Shown here: in pieces, positions 13,620 to 28,828 of the stretch
How the letters are laid out: the number at the start of each line of letters is the position of its first letter
How positions within the stretch are numbered: position 1 is the first letter of the stretch
Assembly (NCBI RefSeq): GCF_009914755.1
Contig: NC_060926.1
Strand: one strand, 5' to 3'
Source: the human T2T-CHM13v2.0 reference genome, Homo sapiens
Length of the DNA: 64,000 nucleotides
Translations under genes and position numbers: made by a program
The notes under the pieces: generated by a model
The model's input: only the letters and a program-made list of their open reading frames with translations
What the model was told of the DNA's origin: nothing
Database searches by the model: none

Positions 13620-14400
13620 ATTTTATTTGGAGTTTTTGTTCATTTTTTAACCCAAATTGTGGCATATTATATAACTACTGTGTACCTTGCTTTTTTTCAC
13701 CTAATGCCTCTTGGAAAGGGTTTCATATTATTATAGAAATATGGAATACATGGGACTATGGGATATTCCTACGACAAGAGTATAAAATATTCCATATATA
13801 GGAGTATGGAAAATTCCATTTACAGAAATGTGGAATTCAAAAGAATAGAACTGCCTTATTAGCCTTTTTAAACAGCTACATAATATTTCATTGTATGAAA
13901 ATAACATAATTTACTTAAGTCCTTAAATAATGCACATTAAATCTTTTGCTGTTACAAATAACGCCGCAATGAATAACTTTGTACATTCGCTACTTCCCAC
14001 CTGGGCAAATACATCTACAGGATAAGTACCTAAAAGTTGAACTGCTGGGTTGAATTGCAGAGAGCATGTGCCCTTGTGATTTGGTACTTGTTGCAATCAA
14101 ATAGCTATTGCCAGACTGTCCTCCGTGAGGGAAAACAATTTACACACTCCGTAAACACTCATAAATTTACTTTTATGTATTTGGAACTTTACTGTTGAGT
14201 GTCCTCATCAAGAGAGGCAATTATCAAATTTTGTGAATTTTGCCAGTCAGAAAGATAAAAAAAAGTCACTTCCTATTTTTGATTTGCATTTCTTTTATTA
14301 TAAATGAATGAAGCTGAGCACTTTTCATATGTTGAAGCAGGTATTTAAGTCTATTTCTGGATTCTCCATTCTGTTTCATTGATCTGTCTGTTATCTGTCG
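13620..14400 (-). mobile_element. Old L1M fragment(s)
   Basis: Antisense L1 text (ttttgctgttacaaataacgccgcaatgaataac, gatttgcatttctttt...gagcacttttcatatg). Confidence 0.7.
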
Positions 14401-14554
14401 TTTTCAGAATTGAGAAGAATGATTCTTAATTTAAAAAGTAGAAGGTAAAACTGAGTTCTACCACTCACTAGCTAACTGTCTGATCTTGAATGAATCTCTT
14501 AATCTCTTTGATCTTAGCTTCTCCGTCTGTAAGACAATAAGGTTGAACCCCATG

Positions 14555-15010
14555 GGTTCATTAACTCAGATACATTTGTTGAGTTTTAAACTCCTTTGCT
14601 GGGTGCTGTTGATGTCAGGGAGAGCAAAAGCAGACACTGTCCCTGCTCACATGGAATTTACCGTCAGTGCGGGAGGGTCCAGCACTATTGGAATAATGAC
14701 TTAGAGCACTGACAGTCCTAACTTAGGAGACTTGGAGAGGAGAAAGCAGGGAGAGGGCTGGAAAGGTTCCCAAAGGAAGTGAAGGAAGTAATGTGGAAAC
14801 TGAGATCAGGTGGGAAAAGAGTTAGCCAGATGAAGCCAGGAGATGGTGGAGAGGAAGGCGTGTGAGGACTTGGCATGAAAAAAGAACTCTCTATTGTAGT
14901 TGGAGATAGACAGGAAAGTGGTAAGTAAGAGACGAGAGAAGCTAACGAAGTACACAGGAATCAGTTCCTGTAAAGCTTGGATAGATATTATGGTCTTTAT
15001 CCTAAGCATT
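14555..15010 (-). mobile_element. L2 LINE fragment
   Basis: Antisense L2 3' end (ttcattaactcagatacatttgttgag...ccctgctcacatggaatttac). Confidence 0.65.
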
Positions 15011-15549
15011 TGTCTTGCCTGGGACCTCTAAGAAGTAAAATCTGAGTTAAAGACCAAAGTGGTGACACTTTCTTGGAAGGCAAAAGCCAGGACAGTGAGG
15101 GTGAGGAAAAGGGAGGTAAAGTGAGGAAAGATGTGGAGCAAGGCAATGCTGTGTTATCACTCTGGTTACTGCACCACAATGAGCTCCAGCTGCAAGGAAA
15201 CACAGCGGGTTGGTTACCAGGTGTTTGTTAACCACACAGGACTTCTCCAGAAAGTTAATGTGGAAAATCATATCTCAGAGCAATTCTTAGCAGGTAGAAA
15301 GGAAGGAATAATTTATCTGCCTGGTATTCTCCCATCTTGCATTGCCCATTGTTCATGTTTAATTCTACAGAAGCTAACTCCCATGTCCTTCCAGGGTGCA
15401 TCACCCAGCCTCTCATTGGTTGTACCTGCGGTGTGGCATTTCATCCAAACCTGGAAGTGGAAGTGCAGGTGGAAGACCAGCCAATAGAGAAAAAAGGACA
15501 CAGTCAAGGGAATCTGAGAAGGCACACAGGGTTTGTGTCCAACATACCA

Positions 15550-16450
15550 TTAAAGAACTCCATGCAAGAGAGTGACATGGTCTGGCAACACTTGGGGGGA
15601 CCGCTTAGAGAGGGTTGAGAATGGATGTAGGGAGATCAGTGGTGGAGTATTGCCATGATCCAGACGAGAGAAGACAGTGTCTGGGGCTGGCATTTGATGT
15701 AGAGATGGAGAAAGTGAATGGACATCAGAAATTTTAGGAGGTAAAATTGCCAGGGTTGAGGGATAGGTTGAATTTGAGAAATAGAGAAAGGCATCAAGGA
15801 TGTCTGGGTTTCTGACCTGAGCAGCCCAGCCGATGGTGGTGTCATTGGCTGAGATAAGAATCTGAGGTAGTGAGGCAAGTCTGGGAGGAAAGATCCTTGG
15901 GATTTGAACTTGTGCCTATGAAAAGCCCAGTTGGAGACTTGGCATAGGCAACTGCAAGTAGGAGCCTGATTATCGGAGTAGTGGATGTGGGTAGCAGGGA
16001 TTGCATATAGATGAGAAAAGGAAGCTTAAATAACCTAAACACTTAATGGCTCTGTAGAGAAGATTGGGTCTGCAAAGGAGAAAAAGAAACCACAGGCAAA
16101 GAGGTAGGAGGAAAATGAGAAGGGCTTTGGTCCTCAAAGCCCAGGGACTTGGGTTTTAGGAGGGAATGGTCCCAGAGAGACTAGGGGACATAAGGACTGA
16201 GTTCTTTCTGGCAATGTGGTGGTCATTAATTATTTTAGCTAAAGTGATGAGGCTGAGGAGTGAGGGGAGCGGATGAAATTGAAGTGGAGTATAGACGACT
16301 CATTTGAGAAGTTTCGCTGGGAAGGAGAGAAGAAAGAATAGTTGTAGGAAGGGGCTGTGGTTTCAGAGAGGTGTTTTTGTTTTGTGCTGAGAGAGACTCA
16401 AGCATGCTTAAGTGTAAATGGGAAGGATTCGGGTGTCAGAGAAGCGTTGG
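15550..16450 (-). mobile_element. L2 LINE fragment
   Basis: gatggagaaagtgaatggac...catcaaggatgtctgggtttctgacctgagca; purine-rich antisense L2. Confidence 0.7.
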
Positions 16451-16792
16451 AAATAGAAGGGAGAGGAGACATTTTCTAGTGTGGGGCTCTGGGGGCTGGG
16501 ATCCAGAACACAGGTGCAGGGCTTGACCTAAGGGCAGGACGCATCCGCCAAGGGATGGGAGGAAAGGAAGTGGGGATGGCGCCAGGGAAGGTGGGGCTGC
16601 AGCAGGAAGCTGGGGGCCTGGCTCTATGGCATCAATTTTTGAAAAGTAAAGGCAGGTCATATGCAGAAATGTGAGGTGATTCAATCGTAGGCTGTTATGA
16701 CAGGGGAAAAAAAAGAAATGTGAAGTTGGGGTAGGGAGGTGTTTAAGGAGAATGGAAAGGATTTGAAAGAGAAGAAACTCTCAACCTCGTGA

Positions 16793-17049
<257 letters not shown>

Positions 17050-18796
17050 TGAATGGACAGGGGAAGTGCAGGGGGAAGATCGGATGGGGTCACCTGCCGA
17101 CCCCACAAATCCTGCCTCCCCAGCTTACCCTTTAGCCAACCTTAGCTCTGGCCTTCCAGCTCAAAGACAAGGAAGCAAATGAGGTGGATCTGATACAACA
17201 GCCACAGCTTTTGGCCTTCAGATAACTAAGAAGGTGTCACTTTTATGACTCTCAAACATTCACTTAACACAAGAACCAATTCATTTTTGAAAAATCTTTT
17301 CTTGTGGCATACTGGTGATATTTTCAAATGTGGACGTTGGAAAATAAAACATTGTGAGCATCCACTAAAATTTTAGCACAGAAGTATGGTAAAAGTCTTT
17401 TGTTTCTTGGGCTTTTCTTTCAAGCGAGCACAGGACCTAACTGTTTAACTTGTGGTTAAGGATTATTTGTGCAGGGCACCTCAGTAGGTGAAATGTAGTG
17501 GATTTGGCATTTTGCCTGTGGAACACTGGGCAGGAGCTCCAGTTACAAATTGCAGTTGTATAAAATAACAGGAAATGTGGGGCTTTGAAAGATTCCACTG
17601 GAAAGATTAATTATTTGGAAAAGAGTTATGCATCAGCTTCGTGTGTTTTTAGAGAAAAGGTGGCCCACGCCATTTTTAATAGTGCAAAAGAAAATTCTGC
17701 TACCAGGCAAAAGAGGGGAAGAGAGAAACTCCTGTTCAGTCTTTTTCTGGAAGGGCTCACATTTAGTTTTAAAACCATCTTTATTCTCTTTGTTAGAAGA
17801 CAAGGGGTTAGAAATGAAAGCCAGATGGAATCCTGGAAATATTTGAGGCTTATAAAAGAAAAGATCTGGATTTCCTAATTCTCTGAGATGACCTCCCTGG
17901 GTTTTTGGGTTTTTTCTAACTCTTCTACCATCCCCCATCCTGCCCCTCAACATTTAACAATTTCCTACACATCAGTTCACCATGGACACTCATTTTCCTG
18001 TAGGCATAAGAATGTTATTCAAATAAACTCAAAACTTCTGGGTGGACGCTGGCTCTGGATTTAGTGTCTCTGTAATGGCCAAAAGGATAAACCAACATTT
18101 ATTGCACAGCTGCGACCCTAAATGATCAGACAGGCTGATACTCAGATAGACTTCAGCAGTTTTCTGAGAACAGTGTGCTTCTACACATTTGAAGTAAAAT
18201 AATTCAATCTCTCCAGTGCACTCTAATTGTGAACTGCCAAGAAAATGTAGGGGAGTTGGTACTTTTTTTGGGGAAAAAAGGCATTTTCTTGAGTTCCTAA
18301 GACATCCATCCATAAATGTATACAGAGAAGGGACATATGTTTTCATGTAGGTTCATCACTTTCTTTCAGCTTGAACATCCTTCATCTGAAGTCGGCCCTG
18401 GAGAGATTTATTTGGCATGAACGTTTATTTGAGCAATGGAGGGAGGAAATTTTCTCTCATAGTTGAGCCTGACCACCAAATATGATCAATATTTATCCTC
18501 TGACATGACTGGGGAATGAGATCTTCAGGTTAGTCAATTATTTGGGCCAATAAAAAGCAACCATTTGAAGACTTTTATGTACAGAAACACACTTCAAGCC
18601 CAATTTTGGCTGCTGTGGAACTCAGACTTTCTGAGATGACCAGGACTTCAGAATCTTTCAGTGCCTCAGGTCTCAGGCCATCACTAGAAACAAATCATCC
18701 TCATGTAAAGTAGATGTGTAGTAAACCAGATATTTCCAGTTACGAGAAGGCCAGAAAAACTTAGTTTTTACGGTAGCTCTGTTAAGTTTCAGATTG

Positions 18797-19090
18797 ATTT
18801 TTTTTTTTTTTTTAAGATAGGGTCTCGCTCTGTCACCCAGGCTGGAGGGCAGTGGCATGATCATAGCTCCCTGCAGCTTCCAACTCCTGGACACAAGCAG
18901 TCCTCCCACCAGGTAGCTGGGACCGCAGGTGTGCACCACCATGCCTGGCTCTTTAAAAATAAATATATTTTAGAGACAGGGTCTTGCTATGTTGCCCAAG
19001 GTGGTCTTGACCTCCTGGGCTCAAGCCATCCATCCTCCCACCTCAGCCTCCCAAGTAACTGGGATTACAGGCATGAGCCACCACATTCAA
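18797..19090 (-). mobile_element. AluJ SINE
   Basis: Diverged antisense dimer (gatcatagctc, cttgctatgttgccc). Confidence 0.9.
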
Positions 19091-20372
19091 CTCCTCAAAT
19101 TGAATTTTTAAAGGTCAGAGAAGTGTGGCTTTGGAGAGATTATGATGGAAGTCCATGGTTTTCTTTATCCCCGAGACCTTATAGCCCAGAGATGGCTGTC
19201 TCAGATATGAAGGGAGAGAAGGAGCTGGCACCTTGCCTATTGGATGAGTCGCTTCCATTTTCCACACTCTCCCTCCTCCATCATCTTCTGTACACCTTGA
19301 TGCTGATGCCCAGGGTCTTTCCTCCTTTTCAATAATAAACTTTTAATAGCCTTTGTGTTAGGGGCTAAGGATGAGAAGAAACACAGCCCCTGGCTTCAGG
19401 GGACCTTCATTTTAGCTGGAGAGATATGAAGCACATGCCAATCCAGGGAGGCAGCTGCTCAGAGCCATGGGCAGGTTTTCCTGGCCTGTGTCCAGAAGGA
19501 AAGAACCTAGAGAGGGAGAGGCCAAAGCTGCACTGTCAACTACCAGGGTCGTCACCCTGAGTCACTGGGCTGAGCTGTGGGCCTGAAATCTAGAGATGGC
19601 TTTGTTTTTCTCACACCTGCTATGTTGGGTGCCCATCTGGGAATGATATGAGAAGGTCAATCCCACCGCTTTTCCAGTCTCACTCAGAAATTCATCAACA
19701 GTCAGCTACTAGCCCAGCTGCAACCAAACCCATCCTGTATTTCTCATTTTTTTTCTACCCTACTCTTCTGTTCCTCCTTCAGCCTTTGACTCCTCCAGGA
19801 TGTGGCATGGGGAGCAAAGACAGGTAAAGGACAGAAACTGCCTACCTGACTGGGGCCGTTGTAAAAAGTCATTATGAAGTGGTCCAGGTGACCCCTCATG
19901 CCTCATTAACTTTTTTGAAACCTGGGGAGGCAATGGCCACGCACTAACTGCTGCTTAGCCAGGGCTGCAACCCTGCAGCCCACCACTTTAACCTCATCGT
20001 GACTTTGGTTTTTGTTGATAGGTTGATATGCACAGTTCCCTACCCCTGTGGTCAGCCGCCCCAGCAAGCAGATCTCTTGCCCTTGAAAGAAATTTGAAAA
20101 CAATTCAAGCCAACTCTCTTTCCAAGGTGTCCATTCTGCCCGAGAGATGCTCCCAGATGCTCTGTGGGGCATAGGCTCCTTCCTCTGCAGCATTCTCCTT
20201 GCCCAGCTGTCAGGAGCAGGGCAGCCAGTACCTCACCTTTCAACTTTCCCAGTCCTCCCAAGTGCAGGAACCCCATGTCAAGCACTCTGGGTCCATCTCT
20301 CGGGTCCTCTCACTAGGCTTCAGGGCAAGGGAAATGCCTATGAATCCAGGGTAACTCTGTCCCCAGTATTTT

Positions 20373-20921
20373 TGTCAGAGGCGTTTGAACCAGAGCAACT
20401 CCATCTTGAGTAGTGTCTGTGTAAAATAAGGCTGAGACCTACTGGGCCGCATTCCCAGATGGTTAAGGCATTCTAAGTCACAGGGTGAGATAGGAGGTCA
20501 GCACAAGATAAAGGTCATAAAGTCCTTGCTGATAACACAGGTTGCAATAAAGAAGCCAGCCAAAACCCACCAAAACCAAGATGGTGATGAAAGTCACCTC
20601 TGGTTGTCCTCACTGCTACACTCCCACCAGTGCCACGAGAGTTTACAAATGCCATGGCAACATCAGGAAGTTACCCAATGTGGTCTAAAAAGGGGAGGCA
20701 TGAATAACCCACCCCTTGTGTAGTGTATCATCAGAAAATAATAATAAAAATGGGCAACCAGCAGTCCTCGGGGCTGCTCTGTCTGTGGAGTAGCCATTCT
20801 TTTATTCCTTTACTTTCTTAATAAACTTGCTTCCACTTTATGGACTCGCCCTGAATTCTTTCTTGTGCAAGATCCAAGAACCTTCTCTTGGGGTCTGGAT
20901 CTGGATCGCTTTCCAGTAAAA
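20373..20921 (+). mobile_element. MER41A-type ERV1 solo LTR
   Basis: Starts tgtcagaggcgtttgaaccagagcaactccatcttg; aaaaaggggaggcatgaataa junction lacks the tandem GAS block of MER41B; AATAAA at 20820. Confidence 0.88.
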
Positions 20922-21399
20922 TTTCACTACCAACATTTAGAATGAATCGCAGAACTAACTCCGTTTCTGTTGTGTTTTTTTGTTTTTGTTTTTGTCTTTT
21001 ATTTAACAAGTCCTGCCCAGAAGGCCGAGAATGTTTCTTTTAAAAGGTGTTCTTGTCACCTAATTTATCAATGTAGAGGCCTCAGCTGTGCCTACCGCAA
21101 CAAAAAAAGTCCTATATTATCTCTCTGTTATTCTTAGTAAAAGTAATAACTAAAAGTTTTATAGAGCTTTCTCAGGTACCACCAGACATTGTGGTCCATG
21201 TGGATGGCACCCTCTGGAGTTGTGCAGTGCACAGTTTGCACAGCTGAGCTGGCAGAGTGTGCTTTATGGTTTTGTTTTAAGAAAAACAGGCACTTTCACA
21301 TATATAGTAGTAATGATCATAACAACCATTACTACCATTTGTTTGGCATATAAGATATACCAGTGTATATTATACAGTATACAATCCACATTATGTTTA

Positions 21400-21545
21400 C
21401 TCTTCACAACAAGATAATAGCTGCTGCAAAATGGGGCTTTTATCACCTGCTTTCAAATGAAGAAACTGAGGCTCAGCTTCCTGCCCAGTGATAAGCAGCT
21501 GGGATTTGAATCCAGTCCCGTCTGTCTCCTCAAGCAATGCTCCTT
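21400..21545 (-). mobile_element. MIR fragment
   Basis: gaagaaactgaggctcag...gggatttgaatccag. Confidence 0.65.
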
Positions 21546-21778
21546 TTCATTTTTCTCTTTTGGATCCAATCACTGATTTTACAGATGAGCAAACTCCAGC
21601 TCAGAGAGATAGCATGGCTCATCCTGAGGCTCACAGGGCCTCCTTCTTTATTTCACAGAACTTCTAGGGATTTGATATGTCTGTGAGAGTGTGGCCTTAC
21701 AAGGAGACTGTCAGGGAGAGACATCATAATATTGAACACACACACCAAAAAGACATAGCACCAGCTGTTTTTGGCATC

Positions 21779-22073
21779 TGTATAAGTCAGCATTCTCCAG
21801 AGAAACAGAACCAATAGGAGATATATATAATAAAAGTAATACATGTATTTATTACGAAGAATTGGCTCATGAGATCGTGGAGGCTAAGATGTCCCATGAT
21901 CCGCCATCTGCAAGTTGCAGACCCAGGAAAGCCAGTAATGTAATTGCCTCTGAGTTCAAAGGCCTGAGAACCAGGAGAGCCTATAGTGTGTCTTGGTCTG
22001 AGGACAGGAAAAGACCCATGTCCCAGCTCAATAAGTCAAGCAGGAAAAAAAAAAAAGAAAGAAAGAAAGAGAG

Positions 22074-22107
<34 letters not shown>

Positions 22108-22377
22108 GAAAGAAAGAAAGAGAAAGAAAGAAAGGAAAGAAAGAAAGAAAGGAAAGAAAGAAAGAAAAAAGGAAGCAGATTCTCCCTTCCTCCACCTTTT
22201 GTTCTGTTTAGGTTCTCAACAGATTGGATAAGGCCCACCCACACTGGTGAGGGCAACTTTACTGAGCCCACTGATTCAAATGTTAACCTCATCTAGAAAC
22301 ATCCTCACAGACACACCCTTAGCCTAACACCCAGGGACCCCTGATCCAGTCAAGTTGACACAAAATCAAACTTCTCG
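21779..22377 (-). mobile_element. MLT2B-type ERVL solo LTR
   Basis: ctccagagaaacagaaccaatagga...ccagtcaagttgacaca; TSD gcatc. Confidence 0.85.
22045..22170. repeat. Compound (GAAA)n microsatellite inside the MLT2B LTR
   Basis: A run followed by gaaa/ggaaa units. Confidence 0.95.
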
Positions 22378-22703
22378 GCATCTTTCTGTTCTGTTTGTTT
22401 CGTGTGCGGTTCTCTGGGCATCTTGGGGGAAGTGGTGTGGGGGCAGGCCAATCGTGAGAGAAGGGATCCTTGTATATATTACCCACAGGCAAGTGCCTTG
22501 GTTTTCTGGCCTGGATTAATAGTAAGGAAAGAGATTAAATGTGACGTGGGCTCAATGCAAATCTGGCAAGTAAAATTTAAATTCTGGAGCCTAGTAGTTG
22601 TGTGTTTTCAGAAATGAATGCTTACTGATTCTTTTCTGATTGAAGATAATATATGCTCATGTAGAAAATTCACATGATACTGCAAAGTATAAAGAAAAAG
22701 TAG

Positions 22704-23027
<324 letters not shown>

Positions 23028-23719
23028 ATAAAAATTTGTTACCCAAAGAGACTAACGGGCTTTTAAAAAAATTATTATTTTAAAGCAGACAGAGGGAAAT
23101 CATACATTTATTTGCTCCCTGCAGCCATCCTGTTGGGGCTGAGGTTTCTGGCATTTTTAATCCTTCTTAGGAAGTAAGCAAGAGGACAGGAAAGATGCAT
23201 TGCCTAACAAGGAGAATGGCCTGTAAAACCCAAATCCAGTGCTGTTCTTAGTCAAAACCACCCTTTTTCTGTAGTCTTCGGTTCAAAGGCAGTCTCTTCT
23301 CTCTTAGTTCACTATTAAAAGTGGTTTAGAGACTTGAAAAACAATTTCTCCATTTTGTTGCTGGTCAATAAATGCTTTGAGTTGAAATGGAATGAAATAG
23401 ATGATACAGCACAAACCCATTGTGTTAGATTTTGTTAAATCAGGTCTAAATGAGGAATTAAGGCAAACACATGGGTAGGTCAGACAAACCTGGCTGTCCT
23501 CCCACTGCTGGTTTGAATTTGGGCAAAAGTTCCACCTATGCCCAAATGGAAGTTGGCACCAAATACAAGTCGTCACTAAATTTTCCAAAGGGTAAATCCT
23601 CCTGTGATGTTTTGGTCAACTTGAGCACATAAAACTTTAGGTGATATAGATGAAATTGTGATATGCTTATTACATGTATAAGTTTAGTTATATGTACATG
23701 TTTAATATCATTTTTATAA

Positions 23720-24198
<479 letters not shown>

Positions 24199-25144
24199 TA
24201 GGATGCTGTCACTGGAAATTTTCTCCCAAACCACTAAGTGCCCATTTGCACAGCATTAGTCAGTTTCTGTTTTCACTGGTCTCCCCACCATAACCACTCA
24301 CTGTACTGCTTTTTAAAGTCATCATAAAAGGCTTGTTTACAGCAACTTCCAGCATTGCAAATGTGAAGTCACACCTCCAGGAATAACTAACGAATCTGTG
24401 TTCGTGCTCACCTCCTTTTGTACTGAGTCAATGATCTCCCTAAGCATCCCAAACTACATTAATTGAAGTGATTGTAGGCTAATGTCTTCCCAGACTGTAC
24501 CATAGTTGCTAAATATGAAGTAATTTAGTGAACATTAGTGTAACATGAGATACATTGAAAGGACTCAAAGATAAAGTACTCCTTTCTTTTTTGAGCAAGA
24601 CTTTTTTGGGAAAAAGCCTTGCCTTATTGGCAGACTCAGATAGTGGTTAACATCTTTAGATGTTCCACGCCCAGGTATAAAATGTGGATCATAACTATTA
24701 TAATTAACTGTGGGCTTCTTGAGGGCAGGACACATCTAATTTATTCATCCTTGTCCTCTGTGCCCAGTACAGTGACTAGCTCATAACAAATGACAATATA
24801 CCTTTGTTGGAGAAGCGAATGAGCCTAAAAGCATGACTTTGTTTGCAAGGCACATGTCCACTTCTGTCTGCAAGGCTGTCCTGACACTGGGCCCTTCTCC
24901 CAGGTTCTGGCATAGGAAGTGCAGATCTCAGCCCAAACCAAAGAATTCTTTTTCAGGCGCTGTCACACCCATAACTGTACTCCAGGTCTTGGACTAGTGC
25001 TCCACAAACAGCTATTAAATGGACAGACAGAGGAACTCCTTAAGCCTATTTGATTTCAAAATTCACCTATATTTGAATGTATTCTGACAAGAGGCTGATT
25101 TTGGATGCTGCTTCCTCCATTTCATTTGGGCACAGCTCCTGTCA

Positions 25145-25531
<387 letters not shown>

Positions 25532-25869
25532 TTAGGTGGATGCATCAGAACCCAGGTAGAGAGAAATCATAAGAAAACTTTAATAACCAGACAGGACACA
25601 GCCTGAAAACCAAAGCTGAATATTTATTCACTGAAATGGCAATCATTCCACCATTCTACTTGCTAAAGGGACTTAACCACGAATCCTTATGTGTATGTGA
25701 ATGTTTATATGAGACAGAGAGAGATGTGTGTGTGTGTAATCACGGGTATGGGGGCTTCCTGCCCTTGAGGGGCTGAAAAACTGGGGATCAGAGGAGGGGA
25801 AAACAAACCTTTGTGGAGCACCAGGCATGCCAGGCATGAGAGAGCTCCAGCCCTGCTGCCACTCTGCCT

Positions 25870-26030
25870 TGATTTGAACCCCAGCTGCCCTGCTCACCAG
25901 CTGGCATGCCTTAGCCAAGTTCTTAACACCTCTGTTCTTAGAGTCCTACTTTAAAATGTGCATGATACTAGTGCCTACCTCACGGAGTTGCTCTGCAGAC
26001 TGTGTGAGTTAACACACGCTGTGTGCACTA
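25870..26030 (+). mobile_element. MIR SINE (3' part resumes at ~27422-27472)
   Basis: tttgaaccccagct...gtgcctacctcacggagttg; later aaagcacttagaa...caataaatgtt. Confidence 0.7.
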
Positions 26031-26126
26031 GAGAGCCACAAAAGCTTTGCTTTTCCTCTCGTCAAATAGTGGAGTCTGTTTCCCTTTTCCTTGAGACTGG
26101 GCTGTCCCTGTTGCTGGTTTTGACCA

Positions 26127-26829
<703 letters not shown>

Positions 26830-27264
26830 GACCAATAGAATGGGGTAGAGTTAGGATGTGTAATATCTAAGGCCGGGCCTTAAGAGATCAGAGGCTTCCA
26901 ATTCCATCCTCTTGGAATTCAGCTGTCACGTGAGAAGTCCAACTATGGTGAGTCACCATGCCTTGAGGAAGCCCAAGCTAGCCACATGGAGGAGCACTGA
27001 ACTGCCAGACATATGAGTGATGCCTTGGTCTTTCCAGCCCAGCCACCAGCTAAATGCAGCTGAGTAAATGTCAGCTGATGCGTGGGCACAGAACTACTGA
27101 ACTGAGCCTGCCTGGATTCCTAACCAGTAGAACTGTGAGCAAATAAAATGGTGGTTAGTTTTGGTTTTGTTTCTCTGACAAAAATGCCATTTGGGGGAAA
27201 AAAAATGGTTGTTTTAAGTCACTGTATTTCATGGTTGTTTTAAAAAATTATTTTAAATAACTTT

Positions 27265-27389
27265 TCATAGATAACAGGGTCTCGCTATGTTGCCCAGGCT
27301 GGTTGTGCAAACTCCTGGCCTTAAGTGATCCCCACTGCCTTGGCCTCCCAAAGCACTGGGATTGCAAGCATGAGCCATGGCATCTGGTC
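27265..27389 (-). mobile_element. FLAM monomer
   Basis: agggtctcgctatgttgcccaggctgg...gagccat. Confidence 0.85.
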
Positions 27390-27474
27390 TTAGGATTGTT
27401 TTATGCTGTGATAGATACCCTATAAAGCACTTAGAATGGTACTTGCCATAAAATAAGCATTCAATAAATGTTGG

Positions 27475-28618
27475 TGTGATGGCTAATATTAGGTGTCCAC
27501 TTGATTGTGATACAGGAGTTAAGAAGAAATTATTTAGGCAGATAATGAGGGTGTGGAAGTCCTCGGTAAGGTTTTCCTTTTAATGAAAGCAGCCCCAAAT
27601 TACAAAGAGCAGCCTGTAAAATCAAGCTGCAGACATAGATGCCACCAATGGTGGCTCCATCTTCCCTTCTCTTTGTCAGCCATGTGTACAGTAAGGAGCA
27701 GACAAGATGGTGCTGGTCTACTGGAAAGCCCATTTGCATAGTAAGATTAGGGTGGGGTGGCCAGCCTTCCCTGGGCCCTATGTAAATGTCATACCTGATT
27801 GAACAAATCTGTGAGCTCTATGTAAATCAGATACCACCTCCTCAAGCCTGACTATAAAATCCAGCACATCCTCCACCTGCCGATTTTTTCCTCTCAGAAG
27901 TCCTCTCTCTCTCACTAGAGAGAGAGCTGTTTTCCTCTCCCTTTCATTCTCTTTCTTTTGCCTATTAAACTCCACTTCTAAACTCCTTGTGTGTGTCTGT
28001 GTCCTAAATTTTCCTGGCACGAGATGACGAACCCTGGGTATTTACCCCAGACAACATAGCCACTTAGATTGAACTGAAGGATGCTTAGATAGCTGATAAA
28101 GTATTGTTTCTGGGTGTGTGTCTGTGAGGGTGTTGCCAGAGGAGACTGACATTTGAGGAGGTGGACTGAGAGAGGAAGACCCACCCTCAACGTGTGAGTG
28201 CCATCCAGTTGGCTGCCAGCATGGCTAGAACAAAGCAGGTGGAAGAAGGTGGGATAAGCTGGCTTGCTAAGTCTTCTGGCTTTCATCTTTCTGCCTTGCT
28301 GGATGCTTCCTTCTGTTCATTCTGCCCTTTGGACATCAGCCTCCAGGTTCTTCAGCCTTTGGACTCTTAGACTTACACCAGTAGTTTGCCCAGGGCCCTC
28401 AGGCCTTTGGCCATAGACTGAAGGCTATGCTGTCAGCTTCCCTGGTTTTGAGGCTTTAGGAGTAAACTGAACCCTACTGGCTTCTTTCTTCCCCAGCTTG
28501 CAGACGGCCAATTGTGGGACTTTGCCTTGTGATCATGTGAGCCAATTCTCCCTAGTAAACTCTCTTTCATATATACATATATCCTATTAGTTCTGTCCCA
28601 CTGGAGAACCCTAATACA
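27475..28618 (+). mobile_element. MLT2A2 (HERV-L) solo LTR split by an ERV1 LTR
   Basis: tgtgatggctaatattaggtgtccacttgattg | ...gaaggatgcttagatagctg...ggagaaccctaataca; TSD gttgg. Confidence 0.9.
27508..28067 (+). mobile_element. ERV1 solo LTR, LTR9-family-like
   Basis: tgatacaggagttaagaagaaattatttaggcagat start, TATAAAA ~27853, ATTAAA ~27964, 4-bp TSD attg; subfamily from memory. Confidence 0.78.
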
Positions 28619-28646
28619 GTTGGTTATACTAGTTTAGTTATATATA

Positions 28647-28820
28647 TAGTCATGTGACAAAAAATGACATTTCTGTCAACAGTGAACTGCATATATGGTG
28701 GTCCCATAAAATTATGATGGAGCTGAAAAATTTCTATCTCCTAATGACATCATAGCCACTGTAGTGTCACAGCCATCAAAATTTGACAGCATATATTACC
28801 TTTTCTTTGTTTTGATATGC
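28647..28820 (+). mobile_element. Tigger3/MER7-type DNA transposon fragment
   Basis: ggtggtcccataaaattatgatggagctgaaaaattt. Confidence 0.7.
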
Positions 28821-28828
28821 TAAAACTT

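Noticed and set aside
21862-22296. Lys/Glu/Arg-rich 144-aa ORF
   Set aside because: Translation of the (GAAA)n tract inside an MLT2B LTR.
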